Positions 40,881 through 51,380 are shown, counted from the stretch's first letter. The stretch: DNA of 64,000 nucleotides from Candidatus Bathyarchaeia archaeon (GCA_038870975.1 JAVZJD010000002.1:1-64000); one strand, 5' to 3'. Numbers and translations: made by a program. The notes: a model not told the origin generated them from the letters alone.

Positions 40881-42173
40881 ATGTACGAAGAGATCCTTAA
40901 AATAGTTGAACAAATCCCCGTAGTAGATTCCCATGAACACCTCGCAATCCCAAGTAGCTATACAGCCCCCAGGGAGCCCATAGCCCTCCTACTGAGAGGC
41001 TACTTCCCAAGCGACCTACTTTCAGCAGGTATGTCTCCAAAAGAACTTCAAACCCTTCAAAACGATGAAGTACCCACTGAGGAGAAGTGGCCCATATTCA
41101 GAAAATACTGGGTTAAAACTGAGCATACAGCCTACGCTAGAGAAGTAAAGCATACTCTACGTATCTACGGCGAGGAAACCTTAAACTTGGAAAGCCTAAA
41201 AAGGCTCAGCCAGAAGATGAATAGACTCACAGGAGACCGAATCGTCGAATTCCTCGACTCTCTAAACATTAAAGCAGCTCTCGTCGATATACTCGGATCA
41301 TTGGACACATTGAAGCGCTTCCTCAAAGGCGAGGTCAAGCTACCGGAATGCTACAAGCCTCTAATACCGCTCCCAATATTTCATGAACCTGTAAGGTCTT
41401 TCTACAACATACAGAGTATAGCTGAAGTGGCAGGTAGAACTGTAACATGCTTAGACGAATTCCTAGAGGCCGTTAAAGAGATATTTAAACGTTTGAAAGA
41501 ATGCGGAGTGGTTGGTGTAAAAGACCAGAGTGCATACTACAGACGTATAGACTTCAACCTATCGAGAAGGGATGAAGCCGAGCGACTATTCAATAAATGC
41601 CTCAGAGACCCGAACAACAGCCTCGGCTGGCCTGAGGCAAAACCCTTAGACGACTTCCTATTCCACCAGTACATGAGGTATGCTAGAGAATTAAACCTAC
41701 CAGTTCAAATACACACAGGCCATATGGCTGGCATAAGAAACAGAGTAGATAAAGCCAACGCCGTGTACTTCATACGGGTTTTAGAACTACACCAGGATGT
41801 CAACTTCGACCTATTCCATGGAAACTGGCCCTACATGGGAGACCTACTATTCATAGCGAAAAACTATCCGAACGTGTACATAAACCTATGCTGGGTGAAC
41901 ATAATAGACCCAGTATACAGCGTAGAACTGCTGGAGAGAGCAGTAGTCACAATACCGCATAAGAAGATAAATGGGTTTGGAGGAGACTACTTCGCACCTG
42001 AAATACTACCAGCCCATCTATCTCAAGCCAGGGAAAACATAGCACGTGCACTATCAAACCTAGTATCGAGAGGATGGATTTCAAAAACAGAGGCCTTAAA
42101 CCTAGCGGCAGACTGGCTCTACAACAACCCCAACGAACTATTCAAACTGGGGTTGAAGCCCTACAGCCCTTAA
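40881..42173 (+). CDS. Amidohydrolase family protein (uronate isomerase-like)
   Basis: DSHEH, QIHTG, LFHG, FGGDY. Confidence 0.85.
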   Translation: MYEEILKIVEQIPVVDSHEHLAIPSSYTAPREPIALLLRGYFPSDLLSAGMSPKELQTLQNDEVPTEEKWPIFRKYWVKTEHTAYAREVKHTLRIYGEETLNLESLKRLSQKMNRLTGDRIVEFLDSLNIKAALVDILGSLDTLKRFLKGEVKLPECYKPLIPLPIFHEPVRSFYNIQSIAEVAGRTVTCLDEFLEAVKEIFKRLKECGVVGVKDQSAYYRRIDFNLSRRDEAERLFNKCLRDPNNSLGWPEAKPLDDFLFHQYMRYARELNLPVQIHTGHMAGIRNRVDKANAVYFIRVLELHQDVNFDLFHGNWPYMGDLLFIAKNYPNVYINLCWVNIIDPVYSVELLERAVVTIPHKKINGFGGDYFAPEILPAHLSQARENIARALSNLVSRGWISKTEALNLAADWLYNNPNELFKLGLKPYSP

Positions 42174-42955
42174 ACCCCTAACGCCTCTCTAACCTCCCTC
42201 TTAAAATTCTCCCTATCCATGAATGAGGCTTTTATCGCCTTTCCATTAACAGCACACTGTGGAACCTGACCACGCTTCTCCACTTCTTCCACCTCCTCAA
42301 ACATATTTACCATTCTCACTGGAAGACCCGGCATAACCTCCCCTATCAAGTTTTTAATATGCTCAGCAAAGTACATACAGAATGGGCATGAAGGGTCATA
42401 GAAGATCAACCCTCTACCCTTATCCTCCGCCTGTGGAGTAAACACAGCCGTTTCAGGCTGGTAAACATACCCCTCCTCCATAGGGTAGTAGAGTAGAAAG
42501 GGTTCATCCTCTCTAACCTTTTTAAACCCCATCCTCAGGTAAAACTCATTCTGCGGATAATACCCGGGGACTTGAAAAGCCCATGTGACAAGAGCAAGTG
42601 GGAGCTTATAATCGAAGAATTCTCTAGGCTTTTTCACGTCTTCAATTAAAGCATTTAACAACGTCTTCCCAATACCCTTCCTCTGGTTCCGTCTATCTGG
42701 GACAAATATACAGGTTATCTCTAGAAGCCTCCTTTTAGGCTTAGGTTGATACTGTATTAAACCCACGGGTGTTGAATCTAAATAAGCCATTTTACCTATG
42801 CCTCCAAACACCTCTAACGACTTTCTCGCCCAAGCTCTTTTAACATTCGCGCCTTCGATAAAAACTCGTTCGCTTCTCTTCTCAGGTGGAATGCAAAGAC
42901 TTATTAGAGAATCAATATCTTCCAGTTCCACATCCTTTATCTTCCAAAACCCCAT
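42170..42955 (-). CDS. GNAT acetyltransferase with C-terminal thioredoxin-like CPFC domain
   Basis: QRKGIGKTLL, FYLRMGF, CPFC. Confidence 0.8.
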   Translation of the reverse strand: MGFWKIKDVELEDIDSLISLCIPPEKRSERVFIEGANVKRAWARKSLEVFGGIGKMAYLDSTPVGLIQYQPKPKRRLLEITCIFVPDRRNQRKGIGKTLLNALIEDVKKPREFFDYKLPLALVTWAFQVPGYYPQNEFYLRMGFKKVREDEPFLLYYPMEEGYVYQPETAVFTPQAEDKGRGLIFYDPSCPFCMYFAEHIKNLIGEVMPGLPVRMVNMFEEVEEVEKRGQVPQCAVNGKAIKASFMDRENFKREVREALGV

Positions 42956-43220
42956 TTAAAACCTCAGAACAATATCCTCTAAATGGTATAAAACATTTTG
43001 CTAAAAACTTAAAGTAAAATTGGATTTTAAGAAGGGAAAAGCGTTAAAAATGATTTAAAAATACAGCCGTTAAAGGTAGAAATATAGACGCCTGGTAAGT
43101 GCCGATTAATATTCTAATGAACCTATTCAAACTTGAGCAAGCATTCCTATAGCCCAAACAGACTTGATCGCTCAACCTTTATATAGCCGTGGGGGGTTTA
43201 ACTACAGTAGTGTACACTCC

Positions 43221-44000
43221 ATGGAGCTAAAGCTTCTCAAAGAAAAACTGCTAAACCTTCTAAAAGAAGATGAAGAATTCAGGTATGCTGTAGCAGGGCT
43301 CATAGGATTAGAAGAAATACTAAAGAGACTAGATAGGCATGAAGCTGAGCTTGTCAGACTTAGAGAAGACATGAACAAGGGGTTCGAGAAACATAGCGAA
43401 ATACTGAGTAGACATGAAGTTGAATTAATTAAACTAAGGGAAGATATGATGGAAGGCTTCAGAAGACATGATGAAATCTTAAGTAGGCATGAAGCCGAAC
43501 TGGTTAAACTAAGGGAAGATCTGTTGGAGGGGTTTAGAAGACACGATGAAATTTTAAGCAGACATCAAGCGGGGCTCGTTAAGCTTAGAGAAGATATGAT
43601 GGAGGGGTTCAACTTACTGAGGAGACACCTAGATGCCTTAGGCGCTAGATGGGGAATTTTAACTGAATCGGCATTCAGAAAGGGTCTTAAAGGAATCTTG
43701 GAGAGAGAACTAGGCTTAAAAGTTGAGAAATGGGTTAAATACGATCAGGAGGGTGAAGTCTTCGGATATCCAAGCCCCATAGACGTGGACGTAACCGTGA
43801 AAGATGGGAGAGAAATTCTAGTCGAGGTCAAATCTCACGTAGATAAAGCCGACGTCCGAATATTCGAAAGAAAGGTGAAATTCTACGAGAAAACCGAAGG
43901 AAGGAAACCATCAAGGCTGATAATAGTGACACCTTACGTAGACGACGATGCTTTAGAGCTGGCGAAACACTTGGGGATAGAAGTATACACGAACATCTAG
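43221..44000 (+). CDS. DUF3782-like coiled-coil protein with PD-(D/E)XK domain
   Basis: LLKEDEEFRYAVAGLIG, ALGARWG..E..FR, DVD...VEVKS; ATG 43221 preferred over ORF-track start 43164. Confidence 0.82.
   Translation: MELKLLKEKLLNLLKEDEEFRYAVAGLIGLEEILKRLDRHEAELVRLREDMNKGFEKHSEILSRHEVELIKLREDMMEGFRRHDEILSRHEAELVKLREDLLEGFRRHDEILSRHQAGLVKLREDMMEGFNLLRRHLDALGARWGILTESAFRKGLKGILERELGLKVEKWVKYDQEGEVFGYPSPIDVDVTVKDGREILVEVKSHVDKADVRIFERKVKFYEKTEGRKPSRLIIVTPYVDDDALELAKHLGIEVYTNI
43335..43610 (+). repeat. About 3.7 tandem 75-bp (25-aa) coding repeats
   Basis: RHEAELVKLREDMMEGFRRHDEILS-like units start at 43335, 43410, 43485, 43560. Confidence 0.9.
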
Positions 44001-44274
44001 CAGTTTTAAGCGGTTATAATACTGCTCAATTCATGTCATACTTGTGGGATTCCATGAAGTTTTAGAGTCAATTACGTAGTTTAATTCCTAGGATGTTTAA
44101 AGCCACCTGTTTTGAAACAATTAGTGTCACCATCTCTATCTTCTGAGAAGACATATGTAATTCAACGTCTTTAATCGGCTACGCTTCAGTGGTTTTAGCC
44201 TAGCACTTCTAGGTAGTGAAACTACAGCTGAAAAGCTTAAATGGTCTTGGGATAAGTTCGTTATGGTGTGTTAG

Positions 44275-45210
44275 GTGGATGCTTTCAAGCTGAATAAGAG
44301 GTTAGGAAGAGGGGTTAACATACTCGGCTACGACCCGGTATGGAGGTCTAAGGATAGGGCACGTATGAAGGATGAGCATTTCAAACTCATAAGCGGTGCT
44401 GGCTTTAACAGTGTACGTATCGCACTCCACCCCCTCCGGGATGAAGCTATGAGTGAAGAATTTAAGCTTTCGAATAAGTGGTTGGAAGTTTTAGACTGGG
44501 CTATTGAACAATCCCTCAATAATGGTCTTGCGGCTATACTCGACTTTCACGAGTTTATAGCTATGGGTAAAGCTCCGCTAGAGAATAAGGATAAGTTCCT
44601 CTCCTTCTGGAAGCAGGTCGGTGAACGATACCGCGATTATCCAGATGAGGTTCTCTTTGAACTACTCAATGAACCGAACAGCAAATTGACACCAGAATTG
44701 TGGAATACCTTCCTTAAAGAAGCCCTCCAGCTGATCCGAGAGAGAAACCCCGAGAGAACCGTTATCATAGGACCCGCATACTGGAACAACATCAACCTTC
44801 TAGATAAGCTGACCCTTCCAGAAGACGATAGAAACATCATAGTAACCGTCCACTACTACGAGCCGATGGACTTTACACATCAAGGCGCTAAATGGGCTGG
44901 ACGGGAAAACAAAATCGGCGTAGAGTGGAGGGGAACGGATGAAGAGAAGAAAGCAATTATAAACTCTTTCAATAGAGCTCAGTCATGGGCGAAGGAACAT
45001 AATAGGCCGATATTCCTCGGAGAATTCGGAGTCTACGATAAAGCTCCAATGGAATCTAGAGTCCGATACTTAAGCTTCATCGCTAGACTTGCGGAAAGCA
45101 TGGGCTGGAGCTGGGCCTACTGGCAGTTCGACAGCGACTTCATATTGTACGATATACCGAACAATAGGTGGATAGAACCAGTATTAAACGCTCTAATTCC
45201 AAGAGGATAG
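44275..45210 (+). CDS. Glycoside hydrolase family 5 (endoglucanase-like), no signal peptide
   Basis: LLNEP and LGEFG catalytic glutamates, HYY, FTHQGA, WAYW. Confidence 0.92.
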   Translation: MDAFKLNKRLGRGVNILGYDPVWRSKDRARMKDEHFKLISGAGFNSVRIALHPLRDEAMSEEFKLSNKWLEVLDWAIEQSLNNGLAAILDFHEFIAMGKAPLENKDKFLSFWKQVGERYRDYPDEVLFELLNEPNSKLTPELWNTFLKEALQLIRERNPERTVIIGPAYWNNINLLDKLTLPEDDRNIIVTVHYYEPMDFTHQGAKWAGRENKIGVEWRGTDEEKKAIINSFNRAQSWAKEHNRPIFLGEFGVYDKAPMESRVRYLSFIARLAESMGWSWAYWQFDSDFILYDIPNNRWIEPVLNALIPRG

Positions 45211-45414
45211 CAATACCAGGTGAAATAACCACGAGGGGAAAAAGAGCACCAACAGATGGAGAAAGCAGTCTTTATGCCTCTCCCCTGCGAGTCGGTGAAG
45301 CTCACTTAACACTATTACTCCTCCAATAAGATTCCCCATGACCATAGTTTTTGGAAAACGTTGAGAAAATTCTTAAAAGTCAACGTGGATGATGTAATTT
45401 GAGAGGTTTTAAAG

Positions 45415-46071
45415 ATGATACGTGAAGACCATAGGAGACGTTTAACCGAAGAGTTTAAAAAGAAGTTGGAAAAACCCATTAGGCTCATCGTGTTCACGCA
45501 GGAAGTTGAATGTCCATTCTGTGCTCAAACAAGAAGCCTAATTGAAGAACTAGGCTCTCTGAGCGATAAAATAACCGTTGAAGTATACGACTTCATTAAA
45601 GACTCTAAAAAAGCTGAAGAATATGCAGTTGATAAGGTCCCAGCAGTAGCTATAGTTGGGGAAAAAGACTACGGTTTAAGATTCTACGGCCTACCATATG
45701 GATACGAGTTTCAAACACTCCTAGAGGCTTTATCCTATGTCTCAACGGGTAGGACAAACCTCTCAGAAGAATCTAAGAGGAAGCTGAAGACCTTGAAAAC
45801 AACAGTCCACATTCAAGTCTTCGTAACATTGACATGTCCCTACTGTCCATCTGTTGCAAGTCTAGCCTATAGATGCGCTGTGGAGAGCGACATGGTGAAA
45901 GCCGAAGTAGTAGATGTAAGCGAATTCCCACACCTCGCCTACAAATACGCGGTCATGGGCGTCCCCAAGACCATTATAAACGATAAAGTTGAATTCGTCG
46001 GAGCAGTACCAGAGAAACTATTCATAGACTACATTATGCTCGCCATAGGTAGCCCAGGATACATCCTCTAA
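45415..46071 (+). CDS. Protein disulfide oxidoreductase (two thioredoxin folds)
   Basis: CPFC and CPYC, GLPYGYEF, VMGVP. Confidence 0.92.
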   Translation: MIREDHRRRLTEEFKKKLEKPIRLIVFTQEVECPFCAQTRSLIEELGSLSDKITVEVYDFIKDSKKAEEYAVDKVPAVAIVGEKDYGLRFYGLPYGYEFQTLLEALSYVSTGRTNLSEESKRKLKTLKTTVHIQVFVTLTCPYCPSVASLAYRCAVESDMVKAEVVDVSEFPHLAYKYAVMGVPKTIINDKVEFVGAVPEKLFIDYIMLAIGSPGYIL

Positions 46072-46089
46072 AACGCCTACGGTGCAAGA

Positions 46090-46893
46090 TTGACCAGTAG
46101 AAGAGAACCCTTAAAACTAGTATTCATATACAGCGGTGAATTCGCAGAACGAGTCATAAGAAACCTCATAAACGACCCAAGCTTCTGTAAATCCTGCGGA
46201 TTATACTGCAACTCCTGCAAATACGGCTTATACAGCCATGTTCAGAACATACTAGCCGCGGTAAAGCTTCCAAACCCCTCAGACCTACCAGCGTTCATAG
46301 ATAAGCCCGAGGAGTATATGCCTAAATCAACCCCTAAAGCCGACATATGCGTAGCATCAGGCCTACATAAAGACCTACTGCTAGAACTACCACGTCACCT
46401 CAAAAAGACGGGTGTAAAAGCTTTAGTAGTTCCAGTGGAAGACTTCAATGAAGTACCAGCAGGCTTAAAGAGGCAAGTTGAAGAATACTGCTTAGAACTA
46501 GGCTTGGAAACGGCATTTCCCAAGCCTTTCTGCTCTTTAGAGCCCTCAGAAGATAAACCTCTAATCTCAAGATTCGTTGAAGAGCTTGGCGTAGGTAGAC
46601 CAAAGCTTGAGATATCCCTGGCCAGAAGAAGCGGGTATGAAATCATAGAGTATGCAATTGTCAAACGTAGTGCGCCGTGCGGCTCTACATGGTACGTAGC
46701 GAAAAAATTAACAAACGTTGAAACTAAGAGGGAAATCTTATACGACGCCATAGCTAGAGCCCACCACAGCTACCCATGCACGGCAACAATGAACATAGAC
46801 CCGGAAGCAAAAGAACCTATACTGCACTTAGGAGGCTACATAATAAGAGAAGAAGTTGAGAAAGCAATTGAGGGTGCTCTCCTCAGAACTTAA
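46090..46893 (+). CDS. DUF166-like protein with extra Cys cluster
   Basis: PKPFCSL, RSAPCGST, HSYPC; CKSCGLYCNSC. Confidence 0.7.
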   Translation: MTSRREPLKLVFIYSGEFAERVIRNLINDPSFCKSCGLYCNSCKYGLYSHVQNILAAVKLPNPSDLPAFIDKPEEYMPKSTPKADICVASGLHKDLLLELPRHLKKTGVKALVVPVEDFNEVPAGLKRQVEEYCLELGLETAFPKPFCSLEPSEDKPLISRFVEELGVGRPKLEISLARRSGYEIIEYAIVKRSAPCGSTWYVAKKLTNVETKREILYDAIARAHHSYPCTATMNIDPEAKEPILHLGGYIIREEVEKAIEGALLRT

Positions 46894-46985
46894 TCTGATA
46901 GAGTAAAGGAAGTAACACATCAACCATTTTAAACGAAATATCCAGTAGATGGACCCGCTCTTAGCCTCTAAACAATAGCCCTATA

Positions 46986-47903
46986 CTATACCTTAATTTT
47001 AGAAAGGTATCTAAAAGCCGATAAAGCCGCTTTACATCCTTCTCCAGCTGCAACCACTATCTGCTTCTCCGGTACGTTTGTAACATCACCCGCTGCGAAA
47101 AGCCCTGGAAAACTAGTTTCACATGCACAATTCACAACTATCTCACCCCACTGATTTTTCAATACAAAATCGACTATCTCCGAGTTCGGAGTAGAGCCTA
47201 CTTCAATAAAAACCCCTTGAACTGGTAGGAAAAACTCCCTACCATCTTTCAACACTTTCATACCTTTAACCGTTTTATCTCCGGTTATTTCTAAGACGCG
47301 GGTGCTAGTCCATATACTAACTTTATCTGAAGCCTCAGCTTTCTCAACAAGTATTGGATCAGCTTTAAGCTTAGGCATAACTTCTATAAGATATACGTTG
47401 CTTGCAATCTTCATCAACTGTAAAACCGCTTCTAAACCTGAATTCCCCCCACCGACAACAGCCACATCCATTCCCTTAAACAATGGTCCATCGCAAGTAG
47501 CACAGTAGGAAACGCCTCTATTCTTGAAATCCCTTTCACCTGGAACGTTGAGCTCTTTAGCTCTTCTACCGGTTGCAATTATAACAGTTCTACCGAGATA
47601 AGTGGCATTATCTGTAATCACGTTAAAAAGCCCATTTTGAACGGCAACTTTACGAACCTCCTCTATTTTAAAGTCGAAGCTATACTGCGTTAAATGCTCA
47701 TAGAACTTAGCAGCCAATTCTTCACCTGTAATATACTGAAAACCAGTATAATTCTCGATAGTCGACGAAAACGTAACTTGACCACCCAGATTAACCGTAA
47801 GCACTAGAAAATCCATCCTTTTCCGAGCGGCGTAAATAGCCGCCGTTATTCCAGCGGGACCAGCACCCACGATTATCAAATCGTAAATATGTTCTGAACT
47901 CAT
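46986..47903 (-). CDS. trxB: Thioredoxin reductase
   Basis: GAGPAG, CATCDG, GGGNSG, AAGD. Confidence 0.92.
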   Translation of the reverse strand: MSSEHIYDLIIVGAGPAGITAAIYAARKRMDFLVLTVNLGGQVTFSSTIENYTGFQYITGEELAAKFYEHLTQYSFDFKIEEVRKVAVQNGLFNVITDNATYLGRTVIIATGRRAKELNVPGERDFKNRGVSYCATCDGPLFKGMDVAVVGGGNSGLEAVLQLMKIASNVYLIEVMPKLKADPILVEKAEASDKVSIWTSTRVLEITGDKTVKGMKVLKDGREFFLPVQGVFIEVGSTPNSEIVDFVLKNQWGEIVVNCACETSFPGLFAAGDVTNVPEKQIVVAAGEGCKAALSAFRYLSKIKV

Positions 47904-48091
47904 TCAAGAGTTTCTACGGATTATCCTCCTAAATATTTTTCTACGTTATACTGCTATCTCCACGTAACTATAACAAATAGGGGTAAGCATAAGAAACATA
48001 CAATCACTAAACGCATCATCATACAGACTAGAATACCGTCAGAGTTAAATACTTAGAGAATTTTTAAAATCATTATGGGAGGCGTTTTCCT

Positions 48092-48424
48092 ATGGTTAAA
48101 AAGATGATCTACATAGGTAATGCGAAGAAAATACCAGTTGGAGAAGCTAGAAAATTCCTCTATCCAGTTGGTGATGAAAAAGGCACTGAGAGACCAGGTT
48201 TACTCATACATCTTGAAGATGGATTCGTAGCTTACGATGGATTATGTACGCATATGCAGGCTGAAGTCGAATGGAACCAATATACTGGAAAAATTTGGTG
48301 CACACTGCACGATGGCATGTACGACCCGAAAACCGGAAGACCATTCATGGGGATGCCTAAAGAACCATTAAAGAAAATAGAGTTAAAGATCGAAGAAAAC
48401 GGTGAAATTTTCGCTCTAATATAA
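48092..48424 (+). CDS. Soluble Rieske [2Fe-2S] protein
   Basis: CTH...CTLH ligands; no disulfide-forming Cys; no TM anchor. Confidence 0.88.
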   Translation: MVKKMIYIGNAKKIPVGEARKFLYPVGDEKGTERPGLLIHLEDGFVAYDGLCTHMQAEVEWNQYTGKIWCTLHDGMYDPKTGRPFMGMPKEPLKKIELKIEENGEIFALI

Positions 48425-48454
48425 CACGTTAAAAACATTTCCCCATTTTCTCTT

Positions 48455-48874
48455 TTAAACCCTACATACAGTTTGAATATCCCCCTTTCTAAGCCTTTCA
48501 ACAAGGTTTAATACTCTATCTTTTATCAAATTCCTCACCTTTCTCGCTTCTTCCAACGGCATTCCCGCGGGGTCTGGAATATCCCACTCTTCAACATACT
48601 TGGTGTAAACCACTGGGCATAAAGAGCCACTGCATACGATTACAGCCATGTAGGCATTTTCCTGAAGCTCTCTAGTCATAAGTTGAGGCCTCTTACGGCT
48701 TATATCAATCCCCTCTTCAAGCATAAGCTTCACAGCATTCGGATGAACATTCTCAACCGGAGTTAAGCCTGCACTTACAGCCTTCCAATCCTCAGGTGCA
48801 TATGTATTAAAATATGCTTCAGCGATCTGACTTCTAAAACTATTCTCAACGCAGACGAAAAGTACAGTCTTCAA
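48455..48874 (-). CDS. arsC: Arsenate reductase (LMW-PTP fold)
   Basis: CVENSFRSQIAE, CSGSLCP, WDIPDP; acr3 nearby. Confidence 0.82.
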   Translation of the reverse strand: MKTVLFVCVENSFRSQIAEAYFNTYAPEDWKAVSAGLTPVENVHPNAVKLMLEEGIDISRKRPQLMTRELQENAYMAVIVCSGSLCPVVYTKYVEEWDIPDPAGMPLEEARKVRNLIKDRVLNLVERLRKGDIQTVCRV

Positions 48875-48955
48875 TTATACCATCTCTCTAGTATTCAGCT
48901 TAGATTTAAACTTTTAAGGCTAAAAATAAAATAAATAAATATTTCAGGTGAGGTT

Positions 48956-49498
48956 ATGCCACCGCATTGCGATACTATGGATGGTCCAGTTGTTACAGCT
49001 GCTAAAAAGGCTTTGGAAACGGGAAACGTCAACCTTATCCTCCCTTGGGTGCCGAAGAAAGCTGAAGAGGAATTGAAGAAGGCTTTTGAAAAGACCCTTC
49101 AAGTGAGAAAACTGAGTAAAGAAGCAGCTGAACTTGCAGACTACTGGTTTTTTGAAACAGCCGTACGGTTGCATAGGGAAGGCGAAGGAGCCCCATATAC
49201 TGGGCTTAAGCCAGCCGGGTTGGATTGGGGTTCTATTATACCGCGGGCGGATAAGGCAATTGAAAAAGGAAATCCAAAAGAAGTAGTAGATTTCATACTG
49301 CACACTGTTGAAGGGGAATTGCAGAGAAGGTTTAAACACGTCATGGAGAAGAAGAATTACGATGTGAATGATGTGGACGCTGCAAGAGATTATGTGCAAG
49401 CAATGCTTGGCTTTATCTTATATGCGCATCATCTATACGAGTACGTAAAGAGTGGAAAAGTATACAGTGAAGAAAGAATAGGTGGACACGTGCACTAG
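48956..49498 (+). CDS. Conserved helical protein (DUF6448-like)
   Basis: HCDTMDGPVV, FFETAVRLHREGEGAPYTGLKP. Confidence 0.7.
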   Translation: MPPHCDTMDGPVVTAAKKALETGNVNLILPWVPKKAEEELKKAFEKTLQVRKLSKEAAELADYWFFETAVRLHREGEGAPYTGLKPAGLDWGSIIPRADKAIEKGNPKEVVDFILHTVEGELQRRFKHVMEKKNYDVNDVDAARDYVQAMLGFILYAHHLYEYVKSGKVYSEERIGGHVH

Positions 49499-49662
49499 CT
49501 GTGAGACAATAATGAAAGGATGGCTAATAGAAAGCTGAAATTAAGCAAAATAAAAAGTGGGTTTATGACGATATTTATTTAGGATTGGTTCTCCTAGTTA
49601 GGGAAACCTTAGATCAAGCTGTTTTAACGGAATTAGCGAGGATTGGCAACTTTATCAGTTTG

Positions 49663-49678
49663 CCCGAATATATTCGGG
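49663..49678. promoter_or_regulatory. Perfect 16-bp palindrome CCCGAATATATTCGGG, putative regulator site
   Basis: Immediately upstream of the TATA-like TTTAATTATATATAA of the 49714 gene. Confidence 0.65.
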
Positions 49679-49713
49679 AAAGATTTAATTATATATAACT
49701 CTGTTATATCAAT

Positions 49714-50496
49714 ATGGTGATTAAAATTGTAGGTAAAGAAGAGTTGAAAAAGATTCTCAGAGAGTTGAAGTCAGAGGAAGATTTAGCTAGAGTTGAAGAG
49801 GAAGCACGTCGGTTTTTACGAGATATAGACCCCGAAACATTATCCATTATTGAGCAAGAGCTCTTAGAGGAAGGCTTAAACTTCGAAGATTTAAGGAGGC
49901 TTTGCGAAATACACTTGAAAGCAATCACGATTAAAAGAGAAGAACCTGAAATTGGAGAAGAGCATCCAATAAGCATACTTAAGGCTGAACATGAAATCAT
50001 ATTGGACAACCTCAAGATATTAGAAGAGATAGTTAGTAAAGTAAAATCCGACATAGGCTTAGAGCAATTGAATGAAGAGTTTGAGAAACTAGAGCCAGTA
50101 GTAGCACTACTGCTTGAAGCTGAAAGTCACCATCAGAGGGAGGAGGAAGCACTATTCCCACGTTTAGAGAGGCAGGGAATTGCTGGACCGCCAAATATTA
50201 TGAGGATAGAACATGAAGACTTAAGAGCTAAGAAGAAGACTCTTAAAAGACTTTTAGACGAGCGTGCCACATTAGACCGTAACTACTTAACTGACAATGT
50301 GTATGAGTTAGGCAATTATATCGCTTCAACCCTAAGAGACCATATATACAAAGAAAACAACATACTCTATCCACTATCTCTAACAACAATACCTGAAAAT
50401 GAGTGGCGTAAAATCAAAGAGGAATTTGACGTTATTGGATACTGTTGCTTTACCCCAGGAATTAAAGCCTTAGGAGAGCACCGCCATGAAGTATGA
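49714..50496 (+). CDS. DUF438 + hemerythrin-like domain protein
   Basis: EQELL..G...RLCEIH; HPI...EH, HHQREEEALFP, EHE, HIYKENNILYP, IGYC. Confidence 0.85.
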   Translation: MVIKIVGKEELKKILRELKSEEDLARVEEEARRFLRDIDPETLSIIEQELLEEGLNFEDLRRLCEIHLKAITIKREEPEIGEEHPISILKAEHEIILDNLKILEEIVSKVKSDIGLEQLNEEFEKLEPVVALLLEAESHHQREEEALFPRLERQGIAGPPNIMRIEHEDLRAKKKTLKRLLDERATLDRNYLTDNVYELGNYIASTLRDHIYKENNILYPLSLTTIPENEWRKIKEEFDVIGYCCFTPGIKALGEHRHEV

Positions 50497-50731
50497 AAAA
50501 CAGTCTACTGTGGGCGATTATCTAATTGGTGATGGAATATTCACCGTGAGTAAAGAGGGAAATAGGGTAATTATTAAACTATATGCATGGTCGAAAAGGA
50601 GAGGAAAAGAGATAATTCGTCTACTCGATAGTAGAAGCGACACAGAGATACACATACATGACAGAGGATACATCTACGGAGAGAATAGTGAAGATAGAGC
50701 TGAAATAGCACAATCCTTCGCCAATACATGA
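50486..50731 (+). CDS. Hypothetical protein
   Basis: 81 aa, overlaps upstream stop, GGAG SD. Confidence 0.5.
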   Translation: MKYEKQSTVGDYLIGDGIFTVSKEGNRVIIKLYAWSKRRGKEIIRLLDSRSDTEIHIHDRGYIYGENSEDRAEIAQSFANT

Positions 50732-50744
50732 AGCAAATAGTTTT

Positions 50745-51380
50745 TCACGAATATTCGAAGTAGTATTCTAAGAGCCGTCTTATCCCCCTCCTCATTCTCT
50801 CAGAAAGCGTTGAAGAGCTGATTCCAAGCTTACGTGAAATATCCGATATAGTCGATTTTTTGGGATAATTGAAGAAACCCATTTCTAGAGCCATTCGTAA
50901 AGCCATCTCCTGCTTCTCAGTTAAGACTAAACCCCTCCCTCTAAATCTCTCCACTCCTAGTATTTTTGGCTCAAAACCAAGTTCCTCTAAAGTTGAAACT
51001 ATATCTTGCACTATTCTTGTGTTGGGAGAAACAAATATGTAAACAAGCCTACTACTTTCCACACTCCACGCTGCCGTCAGAAAAGCACCCTTTGAAACAA
51101 TAGTGTTACATACGTCGCATCCATCGGATTCAAACCATGCGATAGATTCCTTCCCTAACTTAATGCTACTCCGCATCTTCACATTACTACGTTTTAGAAT
51201 ATTAACGGATTGTTTTACCGGTATTCTCACTAGATGCCTAGTAATACCGCGCGGTAAACGCCTAATGTCAACCACTCTAAACTGGTGAATCCCTAAATCT
51301 TTAAATAGTTTCAATACTTTACACCGTTCATTTGCTATTTCAATAGAAATACGGTAGGGTAATTTTTCTCTATAAGCCAT
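50745..51380 (-). CDS. Bacterio-opsin-activator-type (HTH_10) transcriptional regulator
   Basis: LTEKQ...ALEMGFFNYPK...LGIS.STLSE.MRRG; GCDVC. Confidence 0.88.
   Translation of the reverse strand: MAYREKLPYRISIEIANERCKVLKLFKDLGIHQFRVVDIRRLPRGITRHLVRIPVKQSVNILKRSNVKMRSSIKLGKESIAWFESDGCDVCNTIVSKGAFLTAAWSVESSRLVYIFVSPNTRIVQDIVSTLEELGFEPKILGVERFRGRGLVLTEKQEMALRMALEMGFFNYPKKSTISDISRKLGISSSTLSERMRRGIRRLLEYYFEYS

Noticed and set aside
39984-43610. Tandem repeats as possible CRISPR arrays
   Set aside because: Units are in-frame coding repeats varying at synonymous positions, with no unique spacers and no cas genes.
46090-46893. Thymidylate synthase label sometimes attached to this family
   Set aside because: No ThyA or ThyX catalytic motifs visible; the context is thiol-redox.
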